NCBI GenBank assembly: GCA_964363895.1
Contig: CAYIJV010000003.1
Coordinates: forward strand, 1-40,814
From: an uncultured Candidatus Saccharibacteria bacterium
Lineage (GTDB): Bacteria > Patescibacteriota > Minisyncoccia > Phycocordibacterales > UBA2100
Length of the DNA: 40,814 bases
Direction: 5' to 3'
Below the pieces are notes generated by a model. That model saw nothing but the letters and a program-made list of their open reading frames with translations, ran no database searches and was not told the DNA's origin. The position numbers were made by a program, and so were the translations under genes. Each line of letters starts with the position of its first letter. Positions within the stretch are counted from its first letter, which is position 1. Below, piece by piece: positions 24,806-33,957 of this stretch.

Positions 24806-26281
24806 CTACACCGAGGTGCCGCTTTCCTCAACAATGTCCCATTCTCGTTTTCCAAAACGCTGGGCTACAAAGAGCGCGCCGCTTGCAAGGGCGGCTATTG
24901 CAAATGCTCCAAGCCACCACATGTATGAAGTAGATCCGACACCTGCAGTAGCAACTTGTGATCTGGATTGCGCACGTACGCCGGTGCTCGTTGTAGAAAT
25001 CTCTTCAAGAGAATCGTTCTGAAGTGACGCGTCGTCTACGGGTATGTCCACATGCGTAACCGCTTGTGCGATAAGAGAGACTGGCTTTACATTCTGTGCT
25101 ACGGATAATTGTTGGGGCGGAAATGCAACATCGCTCGTACTCGAATCCACGCGAAAGGCAAGTGTTTTGTCAGGATAGTTGAGTTCGATATCCGGACTGC
25201 TAAAAAAGCCGAGCGTATTTTTCGGTATCCGCATGGTGGCATTTCCGAGAATGAATGAATTCTCCGGCAGAACGAATTCCCGTCCGGATAACCGGAGTAC
25301 CCAACGTGAGAGATCCAGTGTACGCCCGCCGCGATTTTCTATTGCGACACCGCCGTCGGGAAGCGCGGAAAGAAAAAGTTTGGCAAACTCGGCTATCACT
25401 ATGATCTGATCGGATGTTACATCTATATTGTCCAGAACTCGAAGTATGACCGCATAACGACCCGGATACTCAAAACGATGGAAAACGCTAGTTCCTTCAG
25501 AGGTCGAGCCATCGCCAAAATTCCACTGAAATCTCACGGAATCGAGAGATTCTTTACGCTGGTTGTATGCGCGGCCACTAAATTCAGTATTGGCGCCGAC
25601 AATGACCGTGCGGTCACTTCCGCCATCAGCAAAGATTTTCGGGATAGCTGATATCGTATATGAGGAATCAGATGACCCTCCTTCCGAGCCTGTTTGCGTC
25701 GTCTGATTTGTTGGCGTGCTTGCATTAGATCCAGCATTTCCCGACGACGGAGTGAGCGTACCTGAGCCGAGAGTCGCTGCGGCAGCAACGAACGTCGTTC
25801 CCGAGACACTAGTACGTTGAAGCGAATTTTCGTCGCCCGCGCCTCCATTGTCTTTGATATATGAAACACTATCAACCGTTGCCCCCTCTCCATCAATAAG
25901 AGAAATAATGCCGGCCGTATTCGGCAAGCTCAACACCGTATCTATGATCGCTGACGTAATGCCACCGTGAAGCGCGATAAAATTCGTCCCGTTGTCGACG
26001 AGAATAACGTACGCGCCCGGCGCAACAGAGATTGCGCCAGTTCCGCCATTTTTGGGCGGCACGTTCAAGATATGGTTCGATCCGTCGTTGATCTTCCATT
26101 TTGTGAGATCAACCGCAGAACTGCCAGCGTTGAACAATTCTACAAATTCCTGATCGGTGTCGGATCCGGGTGCATCATACAAGAACTCGGAAATTACGAC
26201 TTGCGCGAAAGCTGGAGCAGGAGCAAGCACTATGGCCGTAACGCACGCGGCGAAAAAGAATTTATTGCTTCGCCGGATCAT
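24806..26281 (-). CDS. secreted/anchored surface protein: signal peptide, lamin-tail domain (LTD), low-complexity linker, PKD domain, second LTD-like domain, C-terminal TM anchor
   Basis: Start trimmed to MIRRSNKFFFAACVTAIVLAPAPAFA (ATG 26281). LTD motif VVISEFLYDAPGSDTDQEFVELFN. PKD motif FQWNFGDGS. C-terminal WWLGAFAIAALASGALFVA. Confidence 0.75.
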   Translation of the reverse strand: MIRRSNKFFFAACVTAIVLAPAPAFAQVVISEFLYDAPGSDTDQEFVELFNAGSSAVDLTKWKINDGSNHILNVPPKNGGTGAISVAPGAYVILVDNGTNFIALHGGITSAIIDTVLSLPNTAGIISLIDGEGATVDSVSYIKDNGGAGDENSLQRTSVSGTTFVAAAATLGSGTLTPSSGNAGSNASTPTNQTTQTGSEGGSSDSSYTISAIPKIFADGGSDRTVIVGANTEFSGRAYNQRKESLDSVRFQWNFGDGSTSEGTSVFHRFEYPGRYAVILRVLDNIDVTSDQIIVIAEFAKLFLSALPDGGVAIENRGGRTLDLSRWVLRLSGREFVLPENSFILGNATMRIPKNTLGFFSSPDIELNYPDKTLAFRVDSSTSDVAFPPQQLSVAQNVKPVSLIAQAVTHVDIPVDDASLQNDSLEEISTTSTGVRAQSRSQVATAGVGSTSYMWWLGAFAIAALASGALFVAQRFGKREWDIVEESGTSV

Positions 26282-28136
26282 CCTCTTCGCGAAGAACTTG
26301 TCGAAGAATTTCCGGGGAGACTTCACCGCTGCGCTCATTGGGTACAGTATCTCGCGAAACGGACGGACGCGGTGCGGGTACGGAAGCAGAGTGTGGATTG
26401 CGCTTCGCAGCCTCATGGCTCCTTGCAGAGACAGATTGTGACCCTTCAGAGCCTGCGGGAGATGCGGACTTTGCCGCCGTGCGATCGCGCAAAATATCGG
26501 CTGGTGAGGACGGTCCGGCACTCCCCTGATTTTCTACCGGCACGGGAGGACGGGCGTGCGCTATTGCTGCCCGTAGCGCGTTACGCTGATCTTTCTCTTG
26601 GGAAACCGATGGATGCGCGGAGACGCTCCGCGGTGCTGTATTTCTATGCTCTGTATGTGCAGATCCTAAACGTGCAGATGGTTGAGACGAGTACTCTTGG
26701 CGAGGACGCGGGGGCAGTCCTACAGACTTTGCAGAAACATCGTGTGTCGGACGAGGTGATGTGGTCTCGCGAGGTCGTGTGCCGTACGCGCTTCCCTCTC
26801 GAGATCCCTTCTCTTTTCTCGGTGGCGGAGCAAAGTCAAGTTGTTTTTTGTTTACCGCAGCTTCGATCTCTGCGCGTGTACGTCCGTAGAGTTCGCGCGA
26901 ATTTCGAATACAGTCATCTCGATAGGAAATGAGAGGAGTATCGATGGGCGGAATGGTTTCTGCAGAAAATGGCTTAGTGCCAACGCCATCGATCATGAGC
27001 GTAAGATAGATCTGCCCGATACCGAGCGAGACGAGATCTTCGGGAGTAAACGTCGGATCAAAAACCGTTTCGAGTACCTCCGCATCAAAAGGCCCGACCC
27101 GGAATACGATGAGTGTGCCGACGTTGCCAAAAACAGCATCGCGCACCTCTTCCTCCATCTGCTCTATATATTGATTAGCGAGCGTGAGTGCAAGCTTATA
27201 TTTACGAGATTCGGAAAGAATATCGGCAAACGATTCATTCATCATCGATTGAAATTCATCGACATAGAAATAGCAGCGCGGTAGTTTTGCCATTCGCGCG
27301 GCAGGCTCGTCTGCACGCGACATCGCGGCAAGATAAATCTTTACTACGAGCATGCTGCCGAGAAGTGAGGCGTTGGTCTCTCCCATGCGCCCTTTGGAGA
27401 GATTAACGATGAAAATCTTCTTTTCGTCCATGATCTTCCGGAGATCGAACGACGATTTGCCCTGACCAACTATGTTGCGAATGAGGGGATTAGCTGTGAA
27501 TTGTCCGATCTTGTTTTGGATCGCGGGAGTCGCCTCGCGCGTATAGGTATCCGTAAAAGCGGCAAATTCCTCAACCCAAAATCCTTTCACAATCGGGTCG
27601 GTAATTTTCTCGACTACTGCCTGACGAAAAGTCTTGCTTATGAGCATGCGATTCACATCCAAGAGTGTGGAGTCCGGATACTCAAGGAGCGCGAGAAGTG
27701 TGTTTTGCAAAATGTATTCCATTCTCGCGCTCCATGCATCCACCCAAATTCGTTTCAAGGCACCCATAAGGCCGGATACAACCAGGTGACGCTTGTCGTA
27801 TCCAACGTCCTCCATCACGTTAAAACCGATCGGATGATCGGTATCAAAAGGCGCAAAATACACGACGTCCTTGATGCGATCGCGCGGAACAAAGTCGAGT
27901 AATTTCTCGGCCGTCGAGCCGTGCGGATCTATAAAAGCGATCCCTTCGCCATTTTGGATGTCCTGTATTGCCATGTTCTCCAACATGGTCGATTTACCCA
28001 TGCCGGTCTTGCCGATTACATAGACATGCTTTCCGCGGTCAAGCCCTCGAATACCGAACATCTCGCGTTTCCCGCGCGTGTGTGTCGCCGCGAAATATGT
28101 AACGCGGCGATCGTCGTCTTCCCGACCTGGATTCAT
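26262..28136 (-). CDS. soluble VirD4/TraD/HerA-superfamily P-loop ATPase (type IV coupling-protein-like) with ~190-aa disordered C-terminal tail
   Basis: Start trimmed to MNPGREDDD (ATG 28136). Walker A GKTGMGKST, Walker B YFYVDEF, no TM segment. Residues ~436-624 are Pro/Ser/Arg/Ala-rich low complexity. Confidence 0.7.
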   Translation of the reverse strand: MNPGREDDDRRVTYFAATHTRGKREMFGIRGLDRGKHVYVIGKTGMGKSTMLENMAIQDIQNGEGIAFIDPHGSTAEKLLDFVPRDRIKDVVYFAPFDTDHPIGFNVMEDVGYDKRHLVVSGLMGALKRIWVDAWSARMEYILQNTLLALLEYPDSTLLDVNRMLISKTFRQAVVEKITDPIVKGFWVEEFAAFTDTYTREATPAIQNKIGQFTANPLIRNIVGQGKSSFDLRKIMDEKKIFIVNLSKGRMGETNASLLGSMLVVKIYLAAMSRADEPAARMAKLPRCYFYVDEFQSMMNESFADILSESRKYKLALTLANQYIEQMEEEVRDAVFGNVGTLIVFRVGPFDAEVLETVFDPTFTPEDLVSLGIGQIYLTLMIDGVGTKPFSAETIPPIDTPLISYRDDCIRNSRELYGRTRAEIEAAVNKKQLDFAPPPRKEKGSREGSAYGTRPRETTSPRPTHDVSAKSVGLPPRPRQEYSSQPSARLGSAHTEHRNTAPRSVSAHPSVSQEKDQRNALRAAIAHARPPVPVENQGSAGPSSPADILRDRTAAKSASPAGSEGSQSVSARSHEAAKRNPHSASVPAPRPSVSRDTVPNERSGEVSPEILRQVLREEDDPAKQ

Positions 28137-28142
28137 GCAAGT

Positions 28143-28148
28143 AGTATA
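28143..28148 (-). promoter_or_regulatory. -10 TATACT, 6 nt before ATG 28136
   Basis: The minus strand reads CGCTATACT-ACTTGC-ATG in the 25-nt spacer after the hydrolase gene. Confidence 0.5.
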
Positions 28149-28161
28149 GCGTATTTTCGCT

Positions 28162-29382
28162 TCACTGAGGCGACAAAACCGCGCGTAAACTTCGATATTT
28201 GTTCGACGGATCCCAGAAAAGATATGAATCAAGCCCAGCATCAGCGTTTGCTTGAATTTGCTCTTGCACCATTGCCGCCGTGTAGGTGACAGGGTAATCA
28301 AAAGACTGGAGCCACGGGCGCATTTTTGACGCCGGGTACGACGGCTTCGAATAGAGAGCTGGGGTTGATGTGCCGATGCGTTCATAGGCAAAAGAAGCAA
28401 CGGGCGTTGTCGTTGCAATCGTACGCTTTACTGCTTCTGCCATTGAAAAATGTACGATGTCGTATGCGTGCGCATTTACATCCTTGTAGCCGTTGAAGCC
28501 TGTGGGATAGTGCGACGGATACACCATCGGGTCGATGTAATCGAAATATGGCAACGCACGCTCCAACACTTGCCCAATATTCAGATCGTCCTGATTCGTT
28601 GTTGTCATGCCAAAGAGGTCCGCGGATGTAACAACGCCAATCTGTTCTAATTGCTCATGCAGGTATCTGAAAAAACCTTCGAGTGCTTCTTGCTTTGTAT
28701 TCTCTTCAACCCACGTGTACGCGATGTCTTTCATATCACCATCCGAAGGAAACCGGATGTAATCAAAATTAAGTTCATCAAAACCGAGTGCGTAGGATTC
28801 TTTTGACAACGTGACAATGTACTCCCAGAAAGGTTTGGCGCCAACATCGACGAACGAGAGTCCTTTGTGATCTTTCCAGACAATTTCCGTGTTCGAGGAT
28901 CTTTTCACCGCAAACTCCGGATGCATTTTTGTATACAGCGGATCCTGGAACACCGTAATGCGCCCTATCACATAGATGTCTTTTTCATGGAGCACTTTGA
29001 CAAATTCTTTCATATCGGCAGCGCCGCATTTCTTTGATACGTATGGTAGTAGCTCGGGATTCTCCGTTCTAAACGCGATACCACCGGAGTAGTCTTTGAT
29101 GTCTATGACAACAGCATTGAGTTCCGTTTCTCCAATAAAATCGACTAACTCTGCGCGAAACGACGGCGTACCGACGACGCATTGGGTCATATAGATTGCT
29201 TTGACAGTTTCTGGCGTGGAGATGTGCTGTACGACAGGTTTCTGGGAGGTTGTCTCGGCGGCCGCGTCGTGTCGCACATACGAAATAGCCGGCACAGCCG
29301 ATGCGGTTACTGCAACAGCACCCGCGGCAAGAAGGAATCCCATCCCTGGCACCAAGATTCTACTGCGCCAATTCTTCTTCAT
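28162..29382 (-). CDS. putative glycoside hydrolase (DUF4015/GHL-type TIM barrel) with N-terminal signal anchor
   Basis: Start trimmed to MKKNWRSRILVPGMGFLLAAGAVAV (ATG 29382). VKAIYMT...NAVVIDIKDYSG...FDELNFDYIRFPSDG resembles the GHL10/DUF4015 family. Confidence 0.6.
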   Translation of the reverse strand: MKKNWRSRILVPGMGFLLAAGAVAVTASAVPAISYVRHDAAAETTSQKPVVQHISTPETVKAIYMTQCVVGTPSFRAELVDFIGETELNAVVIDIKDYSGGIAFRTENPELLPYVSKKCGAADMKEFVKVLHEKDIYVIGRITVFQDPLYTKMHPEFAVKRSSNTEIVWKDHKGLSFVDVGAKPFWEYIVTLSKESYALGFDELNFDYIRFPSDGDMKDIAYTWVEENTKQEALEGFFRYLHEQLEQIGVVTSADLFGMTTTNQDDLNIGQVLERALPYFDYIDPMVYPSHYPTGFNGYKDVNAHAYDIVHFSMAEAVKRTIATTTPVASFAYERIGTSTPALYSKPSYPASKMRPWLQSFDYPVTYTAAMVQEQIQANADAGLDSYLFWDPSNKYRSLRAVLSPQ

Positions 29383-29590
29383 GTCGAGCAGAAGCGTCGT
29401 CGGGGAATAATTCTCTATTTTTCGATTGAACACGAGGCCCATTCCCACGCCGTCGTACTATAATGCCGAGAGCCACCACAAAAATCCCCGCAAGGAAAAA
29501 GAGTACCGTATCCCAACGCTGGGGAAATCCTAAAAACGGCAGAATCGCAACAAATGCTCCCGAAAGCATTAGAAGTGTGTCGACGGTCAT
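29360..29590 (-). CDS. small two-TM membrane protein (hypothetical)
   Basis: 76 aa with two hydrophobic helices followed by a charged tail. It has its own leaderless-type promoter. Its 3' end overlaps the hydrolase start by 23 nt. Confidence 0.5.
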   Translation of the reverse strand: MTVDTLLMLSGAFVAILPFLGFPQRWDTVLFFLAGIFVVALGIIVRRRGNGPRVQSKNRELFPDDASARHEEELAQ

Positions 29591-29596
29591 GCGTGC

Positions 29597-29605
29597 AGTA
29601 TACCA
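29597..29605 (-). promoter_or_regulatory. extended -10 TGGTATACT, 6 nt before ATG 29590
   Basis: The minus strand reads TGGTATACT-GCACGC-ATG, directly after the rsmI stop (29606). The 9-mer is identical to the one at 3303-3311. Confidence 0.5.
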
Positions 29606-30307
29606 TTATTTTCGAGGCTCAATAATGACAACAAACTCGCCGCGGATCGCCTTCTTCTCTTCAAGTCGAGCCGCGACTTCTGCAGGATTCCCGACGAGTA
29701 CTTCTTCGTGGATCTTGGTCAGTTCACGGCCGATGGTAACGCGTGCATCCGGAATGAACTTTCGGATTTCCGAGAGCAGTTTGATAATGCGATGAGGTGA
29801 TTCATATAGAACGATTGGATATTCTGAAGCCGAGATCTTTTTCAGAGCTGTCTGCCGCCCTTTCTTATGCGGAAGAAATCCCAGAAACGTAAACGCGTTT
29901 GTGGTTATTCCCGCGATCGAAAGCGCAGTCGTAAGCGCAGAAGGACCCGGTATTGCCTCTATTTTCGCTTCCGGCACATTCTCACGAATATATGCGACGA
30001 GTCGCGCGCCCGGATCGGAAATTCCCGGAGTCCCCGCATCGGAAACAAGCGCAACATGCTCGCCTTCCATCAGACGCCCAGCGATCTCTTTTGCCTTCGC
30101 CACTTCGGTTGCCGCATCCAAACGGAAAACAGAAGTCCGTAGCCCATAATGAGAGAGTAATTTCGCAATAACTCGCGTATCTTCCGCATAAATAACACTC
30201 GCCTCTTTGAGATTCCAGAGACCACGAAACGTGATATCTCCGAGGTTTCCTATCGGTGTCGCGATGATGGAAAGCCTGCCCTGAGCTGTGTCGAAGGGTG
30301 TGCCCAT
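29606..30307 (-). CDS. rsmI: 16S rRNA (cytidine1402-2'-O)-methyltransferase
   Basis: LSIIATPIGNLGDITFRGL...YAEDTRV... is the tetrapyrrole-methylase-fold RsmI signature. ATG 30307 is preferred over the GTG at 30319, which abuts the murC stop. Confidence 0.85.
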   Translation of the reverse strand: MGTPFDTAQGRLSIIATPIGNLGDITFRGLWNLKEASVIYAEDTRVIAKLLSHYGLRTSVFRLDAATEVAKAKEIAGRLMEGEHVALVSDAGTPGISDPGARLVAYIRENVPEAKIEAIPGPSALTTALSIAGITTNAFTFLGFLPHKKGRQTALKKISASEYPIVLYESPHRIIKLLSEIRKFIPDARVTIGRELTKIHEEVLVGNPAEVAARLEEKKAIRGEFVVIIEPRK

Positions 30308-30318
30308 TAAGAAGCACA

Positions 30319-31659
30319 CTACTCTCCCGCAATCTGTTCCGCAACCTTGTAAATATCCCCTGCGCCCATCGTGATTATGAGCGTCTGTGAGTCTTGTTTG
30401 AGAAGCTCATCGCGAATTTCATCAAATGAATCGAGTGCCTTAACGTTACCCCGTCTGCCGGCAGGCAGGCGCCGAGTCTGTTCGGCGAGCACGTGATTTG
30501 AGATTGTCGGGTCGAGCGGCTCGCGAGCGGCATAAATAGGAGCGACGATGGCAAAATCCGCGCTCGCGAGCGCTACGGCAAATTCATTCAGCAACGATTT
30601 CGTGCGGCTATAAAGATGCGGGTGGAACGCGACAACGATTCTTTTCTCTGGAAACCTCTCACGCGCCGCTTCGACTGTCTTTGCAATTGCGGTCGGATGA
30701 TGCGCGTAGTCGTCATAAACCAAGGCCCCCTGCGGCGTCTCGCCGTGATATTCAAACCGCCGCCACGAACCTCGGAACGACGCAAGTGCGTCGTTTGCGC
30801 GCTTGGACTCTATATCGGGAAACGCAGCCCTGGCTGCTGCCTTTGCCGCGCGCGCGTTCATACGATTGAACTCGCCAATGAGATGCAGGCGCGGGACCGA
30901 TTCTTCCGTGTAATCGACAACGCGCGCGCTAACGTTCTCAAGAATTGGCATGACATTTGGATCATTTGGATTCGTAACGACGGCACCGTGCCTGGGTACG
31001 CGCTCTGCCGCAGTACGAAATGTTTCCTGCACGCTCTCTAGATTCGGGAAGTAATCGGTATGGTCGAGCTCGATATTGGTGATGACAAGAATCTCCGGTG
31101 AAAGTTTCAAGACGTGGTTGCGATACTCGCACGCTTCGATAACGAAAAGGTTGGAATCTCCGGCAAGAAAATTGGACTCAAAATCACGCACGACCGACCC
31201 AACGATTGCCGTCGGATTCTTCTTCGCTGAGAGAAGTATCTTCGCAAGCATCCCCGTCGTCGTCGTTTTCCCGTGCGTGCCGGCGACAGCTATCGTCCGC
31301 GCATGTTTCGACACCTCACCGAGCGCTTCAAAATACGACATCTCCGGAATCTTCATCTCTCTCCCCCGCGTGCGCTCGACGTTATTCTCCGGTATCGCAT
31401 CGCTGTAGATTAGAAGTTCTGTGTTGGCGGGAATATTGCATCCTGCACTGAGCTTGCCTGTGGTGAGCCCGTCGAATCCATCGAACGTGTGATCGTGGCC
31501 GATGACAACAGGAATTCCCCTCTGCGAGAGCATGGTTGAGACTGGCGACTCTTCTCGATCTGAACCACTGACCATACGTCCTGCGTGTTTCAAAAATTGA
31601 GCAAGCGCGGACATTCCGATGCCGCCGATGCCCACCATATAGATACGGGAAGGTATCAT
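30319..31659 (-). CDS. murC: UDP-N-acetylmuramate--L-alanine ligase
   Basis: 446 aa. Motifs MVGIGGIGMSALA, the Mur-ligase P-loop AVAGTHGKTTTT and DYAHHP. Confidence 0.9.
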   Translation of the reverse strand: MIPSRIYMVGIGGIGMSALAQFLKHAGRMVSGSDREESPVSTMLSQRGIPVVIGHDHTFDGFDGLTTGKLSAGCNIPANTELLIYSDAIPENNVERTRGREMKIPEMSYFEALGEVSKHARTIAVAGTHGKTTTTGMLAKILLSAKKNPTAIVGSVVRDFESNFLAGDSNLFVIEACEYRNHVLKLSPEILVITNIELDHTDYFPNLESVQETFRTAAERVPRHGAVVTNPNDPNVMPILENVSARVVDYTEESVPRLHLIGEFNRMNARAAKAAARAAFPDIESKRANDALASFRGSWRRFEYHGETPQGALVYDDYAHHPTAIAKTVEAARERFPEKRIVVAFHPHLYSRTKSLLNEFAVALASADFAIVAPIYAAREPLDPTISNHVLAEQTRRLPAGRRGNVKALDSFDEIRDELLKQDSQTLIITMGAGDIYKVAEQIAGE

Positions 31660-31670
31660 ACTGCCTTTTG

Positions 31671-31676
31671 AGTATA
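31671..31676 (-). promoter_or_regulatory. -10 TATACT, 11 nt before murC ATG
   Basis: The minus strand reads GTAGTATACT-CAAAAGGCAGT-ATG. This part of the GTATAC palindrome also reads TATACT on the + strand (31673-31678). Confidence 0.4.
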
Positions 31677-31723
31677 CTACTCCTTATGGACTGCGATTTG
31701 TAAGCACGCCACGCGTGGACAAA

Positions 31724-32032
31724 ATGGGAAGCCTATTACTTGAGCTTGAAACGGGATACAATGAAATCATGGACAAACCTCAGAAAAAGCCGAAATTTGA
31801 TTTTGAGGAATTAAAAGCGGCTGCAACGAGTGTCAACCGACAGATACGAAAGAAAGTCTTTGAGGAATATTTCGAACGATTTGAAGAATTCCCATCTTAT
31901 CTTTTTGACAACACCAATACGATTGATGCGCGATTGTCGGAGACAATAGAGGATCTCGCCAATGATCCGGAAACTTCGAAGGCGATGCACAAAGGCATAG
32001 CGACCCTTATGCAGAGGCTCCCATCGTCTTAA
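31724..32032 (+). CDS. hypothetical acidic/helical protein
   Basis: 102 aa from ATG 31724 (GTG 31715 is also possible). No recognisable motif. The 3' end overlaps the convergent membrane-protein gene by 26 nt. Confidence 0.4.
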   Translation: MGSLLLELETGYNEIMDKPQKKPKFDFEELKAAATSVNRQIRKKVFEEYFERFEEFPSYLFDNTNTIDARLSETIEDLANDPETSKAMHKGIATLMQRLPSS

Positions 32033-32606
32033 AAAACTGTAGAACCCGTTTTCGATAGATCGCCACCACAAGAGCGGCATTGGCAACAAAAAGATAAGTA
32101 AGAAATGCCATATCTGAGAAATTTCGAGTTGAGACTAAAATGCCGATACATACATTGAGAAATGCGATGCAATATGCGCGACCTGTTTCCGTTTTCGGAA
32201 AACGCCACGCCTTGATCAGGGTTGGCCATAAAGCGAATACGTCTGCCGCGATCGCAAAAATAATAGCGTTTATGGGGTTGTCTGTTATGAGCCAGAGAAC
32301 CAGCGCAATAATTGCCAAGGCACCACATATGTAATCGAGCCATCCAAGTTTCCAATACGCACGAGGATTGGCGAATGAGGCGAGAAAAATGCAAAATGGT
32401 CCGAAACCCGACATGAATACGGGCAGAAGCGCCCAAGAACCCCCAGCAGCAAGACCGGCAACAACTCCGATAAATGGACCAATTGCCCATATAAGAAATG
32501 TCATCCGATTCGGCTGACTAATACCATTCAGGGTATTCCGAACATACGCAAGTGACCCTACAAAAAAATGGACCAGTGCCGCTACAATAAGGATTGCAAT
32601 TACCAT
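32007..32606 (-). CDS. hypothetical 7-TM membrane protein
   Basis: 199 aa with about seven hydrophobic helices. It starts 4 nt after the murD stop. Confidence 0.6.
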   Translation of the reverse strand: MVIAILIVAALVHFFVGSLAYVRNTLNGISQPNRMTFLIWAIGPFIGVVAGLAAGGSWALLPVFMSGFGPFCIFLASFANPRAYWKLGWLDYICGALAIIALVLWLITDNPINAIIFAIAADVFALWPTLIKAWRFPKTETGRAYCIAFLNVCIGILVSTRNFSDMAFLTYLFVANAALVVAIYRKRVLQFFKTMGASA

Positions 32607-32609
32607 GTC

Positions 32610-33950
32610 TTACGAGAGATTATGGACCAATGTTATAAACTGATCATTTCTGTCATATTCATTTTTGAAAATGCCGAATGATGCGAACGCAGGGCTAAAA
32701 AGAATCACGTCTCCAGCTTCCGCGGCATCTACCGCGGAAAGAAATGCTTTTCTCAAAGTATTGAACACGCTCGCATCCGGTAATTCTTTTTTGATGCGAT
32801 CCGTTCCGGTCCCCGCAAGAAAAACAACCTTTTTGCACTTTTGTACCTCAGCAATAAATTCTTTTATATCCAGTCCTTTGTCTGCCCCGCCGGTGATTAA
32901 AATTATGGATGTCGCACTTCCATAATTGAGTGCTCTCAAAGCCGCAATCGTCGCTTCTGGAGTCGTTGCGTTGTTGTCGTTATAGATCTTGACACCATTG
33001 ATTTCACTCACGAATTGCAGACGGCCTTCAACGCCTTCAAACGATTCGAGTCCTCCGCGTATTTCTTCCTGCGAAAGCCCGAGGGCGGCAAGAGCTGCGG
33101 CCGCAAGTGTTGCATTCTCGCGATTATGTTCTCCGAGGATCCGTAGTTTCCATGTTCGCGGAATTTGATCGGGGACGGCGGGATCAAGTGGTGGCTCTGA
33201 TTCTCGGATGCGATCCGCAATCGATGATCCAACGATGAGCACATCGTCATGCTTTTGAAAACAAAAAATATTCGCCTTGTCAGCGAAATACCTTTCCATA
33301 CCTGTGCTGAGCGAAGTCGAAGTATCGCCGTCGTAATAATTCATGTGATCCGGCACGAGATTGGTGAACACAGCGATATGCGGACTTATCTTCAGATCAC
33401 CAAAACCCTGAAGTTGCCATGAATCGAGTTCGAGCACAGCGATGTATCCTGCTTCAATTTGCGGGAGCATCGCGAGCGTTGAAACTCCGCGAACATTTCC
33501 ACCCAATACCGTTTTCTTATTCGCGCGAATAAGAACACGTTGGATCATATGAGCAACGGTCGATTTGCCGCGCGTACCGGTGATGCCGACTATCTTTGCT
33601 CCCGCTTCCATAGCGAATTTTGCAAACAACGCCGTCGACATGGCGACATGAACATTCGCGGCGCGCGCGGCCGCGATCTCGGGCGAATTGAGTGGGATTC
33701 CAGCCGCTTTTATGACCATGTCGCACTGCTCGAAATCTTCCTGTCTGTGTCCTCCAAGATGAAAAGTGACGTTAGGATATTTTCTCAATCGGGCAACAGA
33801 TTCGGCCAGCTCCGCCTCCGTCTTTTTGTCCGTCACCAATACATTCGCACCGCACTGCGCCAAAAACTCCACATCTCCCACACCTCGACCTAAAAGACCA
33901 AGACCCATGACTGTAACCTTCTTACCCTTAAACGCAGCGCTGGCATCCAT
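32610..33950 (-). CDS. murD: UDP-N-acetylmuramoylalanine--D-glutamate ligase
   Basis: Start trimmed to MDASAAFKGKKVTVMGLGLLGRG (ATG 33950). P-loop GITGTRGKST. Confidence 0.9.
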   Translation of the reverse strand: MDASAAFKGKKVTVMGLGLLGRGVGDVEFLAQCGANVLVTDKKTEAELAESVARLRKYPNVTFHLGGHRQEDFEQCDMVIKAAGIPLNSPEIAAARAANVHVAMSTALFAKFAMEAGAKIVGITGTRGKSTVAHMIQRVLIRANKKTVLGGNVRGVSTLAMLPQIEAGYIAVLELDSWQLQGFGDLKISPHIAVFTNLVPDHMNYYDGDTSTSLSTGMERYFADKANIFCFQKHDDVLIVGSSIADRIRESEPPLDPAVPDQIPRTWKLRILGEHNRENATLAAAALAALGLSQEEIRGGLESFEGVEGRLQFVSEINGVKIYNDNNATTPEATIAALRALNYGSATSIILITGGADKGLDIKEFIAEVQKCKKVVFLAGTGTDRIKKELPDASVFNTLRKAFLSAVDAAEAGDVILFSPAFASFGIFKNEYDRNDQFITLVHNLS

Positions 33951-33957
33951 ACAGCAA

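Noticed and set aside
31673-31703. Plus-strand TATACT-7-ATG followed by a 5-codon ORF (MDCDL*, 31686-31703) as a second leaderless leader peptide
   Set aside because: The -10 is simply the other reading of the GTATAC palindrome that serves murC on the minus strand. A 5-codon ORF with no duplicate or conservation evidence is easily chance.
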